Below, piece after piece: positions 60,407 to 64,000 of a DNA stretch of 64,000 nt. The stretch spans positions 742,104 to 806,103 of the forward strand of contig CAWJRH010000004.1 of assembly GCA_963845195.1 (NCBI GenBank), given 5' to 3'. How positions within the stretch are numbered: the stretch's first letter is position 1; each line of letters opens with the position of its first letter. A program made the position numbers and the translations under genes. The notes beneath the pieces were generated by a model. It worked only from the letters and a program-made list of their open reading frames with translations. It had not been told where the DNA came from and ran no database searches. This stretch comes from an uncultured delta proteobacterium (GTDB taxonomy: Bacteria > Myxococcota_A > Polyangia > Polyangiales > Houyiibacteriaceae).

Positions 60407-61120
60407 ATGAATCTTTCCGTCGTCGTTCCCTGTTTCAATGAGGAACACAACATTGCCGCGGTCGTACGCCAGGCGATTGCCGCCGGTCGCGCGGTTGCCT
60501 CACGCCTGGAGATCATCGTCGTAAACGACGGAAGTACGGATCGTACCTCCGCGGTGCTGGACGATCTGGCGCGTCGTTTTCCGGAGCTGCAGGTGGTGGT
60601 GCACGATCGCAATCGGGGGTACGGGGCCGCGGTTCGCTCGGGCCTTGCACGTGCAGCGCTCGACTACGTGTTCCTCACCGATGGTGATGGACAGTTTGAT
60701 CTGTCGGAACTCCCGAAGGCGGTCGAGCTGCTCGGCGCTCACGACATGGTTGCCGGGTACCGCGGGCGCCGCTCGGACGGCCCGTGGCGATCGCTCTGGG
60801 GGCGGTGCTGGACCCTCTTGGTGAACACGGTCTTCGGTCTCGGCGTTCGCGATGCCAACTGCGCTTTCAAGCTTCTGCCTCGAGGTCTGGTGGCTGGCGA
60901 GCCCCTCACGAGCGATGGAGCGATGATTAGCGCAGAGCTCCTGCTCGAGGCGCGACGGTCTCGGCTCCGGATTGGTGAACTCGAAGTTCGCCATCTACCT
61001 CGACGCGCCGGACGCCAAAGCGGGGCATCCGTGCCGGTGGTCCTTCGAGCATGCATGGAACTCGTTCGGGCGACGCAGCATCGTGCGCGGGTCGTCGAAG
61101 GCAGACTCAGCGTCGACTAG
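60407..61120 (+). CDS. Family 2 glycosyltransferase (polyprenyl-phosphate sugar synthase-like)
   Basis: LSVVVPCFNEE start, VNDGSTD, and DGDGQ (DXD) motifs. Confidence 0.85.
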   Translation: MNLSVVVPCFNEEHNIAAVVRQAIAAGRAVASRLEIIVVNDGSTDRTSAVLDDLARRFPELQVVVHDRNRGYGAAVRSGLARAALDYVFLTDGDGQFDLSELPKAVELLGAHDMVAGYRGRRSDGPWRSLWGRCWTLLVNTVFGLGVRDANCAFKLLPRGLVAGEPLTSDGAMISAELLLEARRSRLRIGELEVRHLPRRAGRQSGASVPVVLRACMELVRATQHRARVVEGRLSVD

Positions 61121-62124
61121 GAAACGACCCGGTCGCGACCGAGCCGTTTGGCTTCGAGCAGTTTGGCGTCCGCCGCCTTGAACAGGTCGTCGGCGTCATC
61201 GTAGTGCGGTAGCCACTCGGCGACACCGACGCTCACTGTGATCGCGACGCGTGTGCCCTCGAACTCGAAGCGTGTGTCGCGCACGAGGCGGTTGATCTTG
61301 CTTGCGAGCTCCACGGCCCCGTCGACGCCCACTTCAGGGGTGATGAGGGCGAATTCCTCGCCGCCTATGCGAGCGACTACGTCGTTTCGTCGCAGTCGAC
61401 CGAGGATTACTGCACCCAGCTGCCTGAGGATCGCGTCCCCCGCGAGATGCCCGAGTGAATCGTTGACGCGCTTGAAGTGGTCGATGTCGAAAACGAGAAG
61501 CGAAAAGGAACGCTTGTAGCGTTTCGCGCGGGCCGTCTCGCGGTCCAGCATCTCGTCGAAGTACCTCTTGTTGTGAAGCTGCGTGAGACCGTCGGTGGTC
61601 ATCAGGCGGTAGATCTCTTCGTGGTACTGCACCTCGATTTCGTCGCCCACGATGAGCTTGAGGATCGTGCGGCCGACTTTGAGCTGGTCGCCATGACGCA
61701 GACGAGCTTCGGCCTCGATGAGGTCGTCGTTGACGTAGGTGCCGTTGGTCGAGTCGAGGTCGCGGACCATGAACTCGTCCCCCTCGCGTCGGATGCGGCA
61801 GTGGTTCCTAGAGACGCTCTCTTGATCGACTTGGACGTCACACTGAGGTGACCGACCGATGATCAGAGGTTCAGAGGTCACCTGGACGCGTCGCCCCATG
61901 TCCTCGCCGTAGATGACCACGAGGCACCCACTCTCGGGCGCGGGCGCACGATTGGACCTCGGGGGAACGGCTTCGGTCAACACCGTCTGATTTCCACTGG
62001 TGCTTTGGTCCTTGAACTGCACCCGTTCATTGTAGCCTGGACGGGCGCGATCGGGCAGCTCGTCCCCGGTTTCAGTAAGGGTGGATACCAGGGTTGCGTT
62101 TGTTGACCTCCCTAGAGGCCTCAC
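61117..62124 (-). CDS. FHA-domain diguanylate cyclase (GGDEF)
   Basis: FHA motifs (IGRS...SRNHC...DLDSTNGTYVN). GGDEF domain with an intact GGEEF and an RxxD I-site (RRND) five residues upstream. The GTG start is uncertain and lies only 13 bp from the divergent PBP start. Confidence 0.88.
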   Translation of the reverse strand: MRPLGRSTNATLVSTLTETGDELPDRARPGYNERVQFKDQSTSGNQTVLTEAVPPRSNRAPAPESGCLVVIYGEDMGRRVQVTSEPLIIGRSPQCDVQVDQESVSRNHCRIRREGDEFMVRDLDSTNGTYVNDDLIEAEARLRHGDQLKVGRTILKLIVGDEIEVQYHEEIYRLMTTDGLTQLHNKRYFDEMLDRETARAKRYKRSFSLLVFDIDHFKRVNDSLGHLAGDAILRQLGAVILGRLRRNDVVARIGGEEFALITPEVGVDGAVELASKINRLVRDTRFEFEGTRVAITVSVGVAEWLPHYDDADDLFKAADAKLLEAKRLGRDRVVS

Positions 62125-62137
62125 CTAGCGTACGGCG

Positions 62138-63337
62138 GTGCGTTTGGCGTTTTCTCACCCCGCGATTTGGGGTTTGGGCCTGCTGGCCCTCGTGCTCGGG
62201 ACACCGGTGGCGCTGTTGGCGAGTCCGCCGTCTGCCCAGCGGGCGACGACGAGCATTGCGCGGGCCGTTGCCCCGCCGTTTCACGACGTCGAGCTATCGC
62301 GGGCGACGCGTGCGAACGGCGAGTGGATCGTCCCCCGACGCGACGGCACCCGCGCCGTACTGTCGGTCGACGACGGGCTGCAGATGGCCGTCGAGAAACT
62401 ATTCGAAAACTACGACGTCCCGGCAGGGGGCCTGGTGGCGATCGAACCCAAGACCGGCCGCGTCCTAGCCTTCGCCGGGTACGAGGCCGGCAAGGGCAAG
62501 AGCCCTCGAGTCGCGATTGATCCGGGCCCTCCCGCAGCCTCGGTCTTCAAGATAATCACCGCGTCCGCACTGCTCGATGCTGGCGTCAGTTCGCAGACAT
62601 CGGTGTGCTACGGCGGAGGGATGCGCGGGCTCGACCCTGCAGACTTGGTCGACAGTGCGCAGCGCGATCGCTGGTGTGCGACGCTGGAGGACGCGCTCGG
62701 ATATTCGATCAACGCGATATTCGCGAAGCTCGCCGATCGCCACATCGATGAAGCTCGGATGACCCAGTACGTCTCCGCGTTCGGCTTCGGTCAACGCCTT
62801 CCTTTCGACCTTCCGTCGACGCCGAGCCCTGCAGACGTGCCCGCCGACCGGCTGGAGCGTGCGCGCATGGCCGCGGGCTTCTGGCACAGCCAGCTTTCTC
62901 CGCTGCACGCCGCGCTCTTGGCAGCGACCATCGCGAATGACGGTGGGATGCCCCACGCGGCGATTGTCGATCGTATCGAAGCGCAAGACGGGCGCACTCT
63001 GTACAATCACAGTCCTCGCACGTTCCGTCAGGTGCTTCCTCGCGAGACCGCACGCCAGGCAGGGCAAATGATGACCCGGACCGTGACGCACGGTACGGCG
63101 AAAAAGGCCTTCTGGGACCCGAACGGCAGGCCGTTTCTGCCCGGCGTTACCGTCGCAGGCAAGACCGGAACGCTCAGCCGCAGCAATCCACACCGAACCT
63201 ATACCTGGTGGGTGGGATATGCCCCGGTCGACGATCCGCAGATCGCCGTCGCAAGCTTGATCGTCAACGACCCGAAGTGGCGCATCAAGGCGAGTTACGT
63301 CGCGCGGGAAGCGCTCCGCACGTATCTCGTCCGCTAG
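62138..63337 (+). CDS. Penicillin-binding protein transpeptidase-domain protein
   Basis: N-terminal signal/anchor. SVFK (SxxK), SIN (SxN) and KTGT motifs. GTG start. Confidence 0.85.
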   Translation: MRLAFSHPAIWGLGLLALVLGTPVALLASPPSAQRATTSIARAVAPPFHDVELSRATRANGEWIVPRRDGTRAVLSVDDGLQMAVEKLFENYDVPAGGLVAIEPKTGRVLAFAGYEAGKGKSPRVAIDPGPPAASVFKIITASALLDAGVSSQTSVCYGGGMRGLDPADLVDSAQRDRWCATLEDALGYSINAIFAKLADRHIDEARMTQYVSAFGFGQRLPFDLPSTPSPADVPADRLERARMAAGFWHSQLSPLHAALLAATIANDGGMPHAAIVDRIEAQDGRTLYNHSPRTFRQVLPRETARQAGQMMTRTVTHGTAKKAFWDPNGRPFLPGVTVAGKTGTLSRSNPHRTYTWWVGYAPVDDPQIAVASLIVNDPKWRIKASYVAREALRTYLVR

Positions 63338-63346
63338 AGCGGCGCG

Positions 63347-64000
63347 TCAGGGCAACCGAGAGACCCAGGCCCCGTCTTCAAACCACTTGCGGCGCAACTC
63401 CTGAAGGATGCCGGTGCCTTCGAAGGCCTTCACGAAATTGTCGATCAGATTGTAGAAATGCTGGTCGCGCGCGGAGACTGCGATGCCCATCGGCTCGACC
63501 GACAGCGGCTCCGACAGTGTGGCGAGTCCAACGTCCGGGTTACGAAGGACCGCCAAGACGCAGGCCGGCATGTCGGCGATCATCGCGTCCGTGTCTCCCG
63601 CGAGAAGCTTCTCCACGCCCATCTCGTAGTTGGAAATGGGACTGAACTGCGCCTTGGGAAGCAGTCGTTTCACGAACAGCTCGCTCGTCGAGTTGTCGAG
63701 CGCGACGACCCGCACCTTCGGCGAATTGATGTCGTCGACAGACTTTGCTTTCCCGAGGGCCTCGGAGGTCGTAAGCAACGACTTGCCCGAGATCATGTAC
63801 GGCCCGACGAACAAGAAATCCTTGGTTCGTTTCGCCGTGATGTCGAGGCCAGACATCACCATGTCGACTTTGCCCTTGCTTAGGGCCGGCAGGAGTTGGC
63901 CGAACGGCATCTGGACGATCTGGAGTTCGAGGCCAAGCGCGTGTGCCAGCGCCTTGGCGACGTCGACTTCCATGCCAATCATCTCACCCTCTTTGTCTCT
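63347..64000 (-). CDS. ABC transporter substrate-binding protein, family 3 (polar amino acid type), 5' truncated by window edge
   Basis: SBP_bac_3-like sequence (GMEVDVAKALA..., DMVMSGLDIT.KR). The frame stays open through base 64000, so the N-terminus lies outside the window. Confidence 0.8.
   Translation of the reverse strand, partial: RDKEGEMIGMEVDVAKALAHALGLELQIVQMPFGQLLPALSKGKVDMVMSGLDITAKRTKDFLFVGPYMISGKSLLTTSEALGKAKSVDDINSPKVRVVALDNSTSELFVKRLLPKAQFSPISNYEMGVEKLLAGDTDAMIADMPACVLAVLRNPDVGLATLSEPLSVEPMGIAVSARDQHFYNLIDNFVKAFEGTGILQELRRKWFEDGAWVSRLP

Overview
GC-rich, very gene-dense window with about 60 CDS, strong G/C third-position bias and almost no non-coding DNA. It reads as core chromosome of a Myxococcota-like organism. 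That placement is an inference from gene content: an AgmX/PglI-type TonB-C domain with a GYF domain, several PilT paralogues, kinase-like proteins, FHA-GGDEF and many lipoproteins.

Contents in order:
- Na+-translocating NADH:quinone reductase operon nqrA (5' truncated) to nqrF, plus a small nqrM-like ORF missing from the ORF track, followed by three stand-alone CBS-pair proteins.
- A GDPD lipoprotein.
- A same-strand redox block: molybdopterin oxidoreductase, PlsC-type acyltransferase, Rieske-fused TPP/flavoenzyme and Rieske-fused GltS-like FMN/3Fe-4S enzyme.
- A minus-strand block headed by a cobalamin riboswitch: TonB-dependent receptor, hemB, a Zn-ribbon protein and a ZIP-like transporter.
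- PPK2 and thiD.
- A type IIA topoisomerase A/B pair that looks like ParC/ParE.
- A ParA/MinD ATPase with two N-terminal TRASH-type Cys4 modules, plus a small RHH protein.
- guaB and guaA.
- Envelope lipoprotein/OMP genes and a K+ channel.
- A DUF3604 / parvulin-like / HupE-UreJ operon facing a FadL-like OMP.
- A MASE1 hybrid kinase next to two tandem paralogous lipoproteins.
- Housekeeping genes cinA-like, pfkA, rlmB-like and pyrF.
- Two PilT-family ATPases.
- A kinase-fold protein with degenerate catalytic motifs (predicted pseudokinase).
- A DEAD-box helicase, a two-component pair and lon.
- GT2, FHA-GGDEF, a PBP transpeptidase and a 5'-truncated solute-binding protein.

I saw no rRNA or tRNA genes, CRISPR arrays, transposases or integrases, or recognisable defence genes, so I cannot point to a clear-cut new system. 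The most system-like candidates are the two-gene Rieske-fusion cassette, the TRASH-TRASH-ParA plus RHH pair beside the topoisomerase genes, the B12-riboswitch-headed btuB-hemB block and the DUF3604 operon. All functional calls rest on motif-level reading of the translations. No database search was run.
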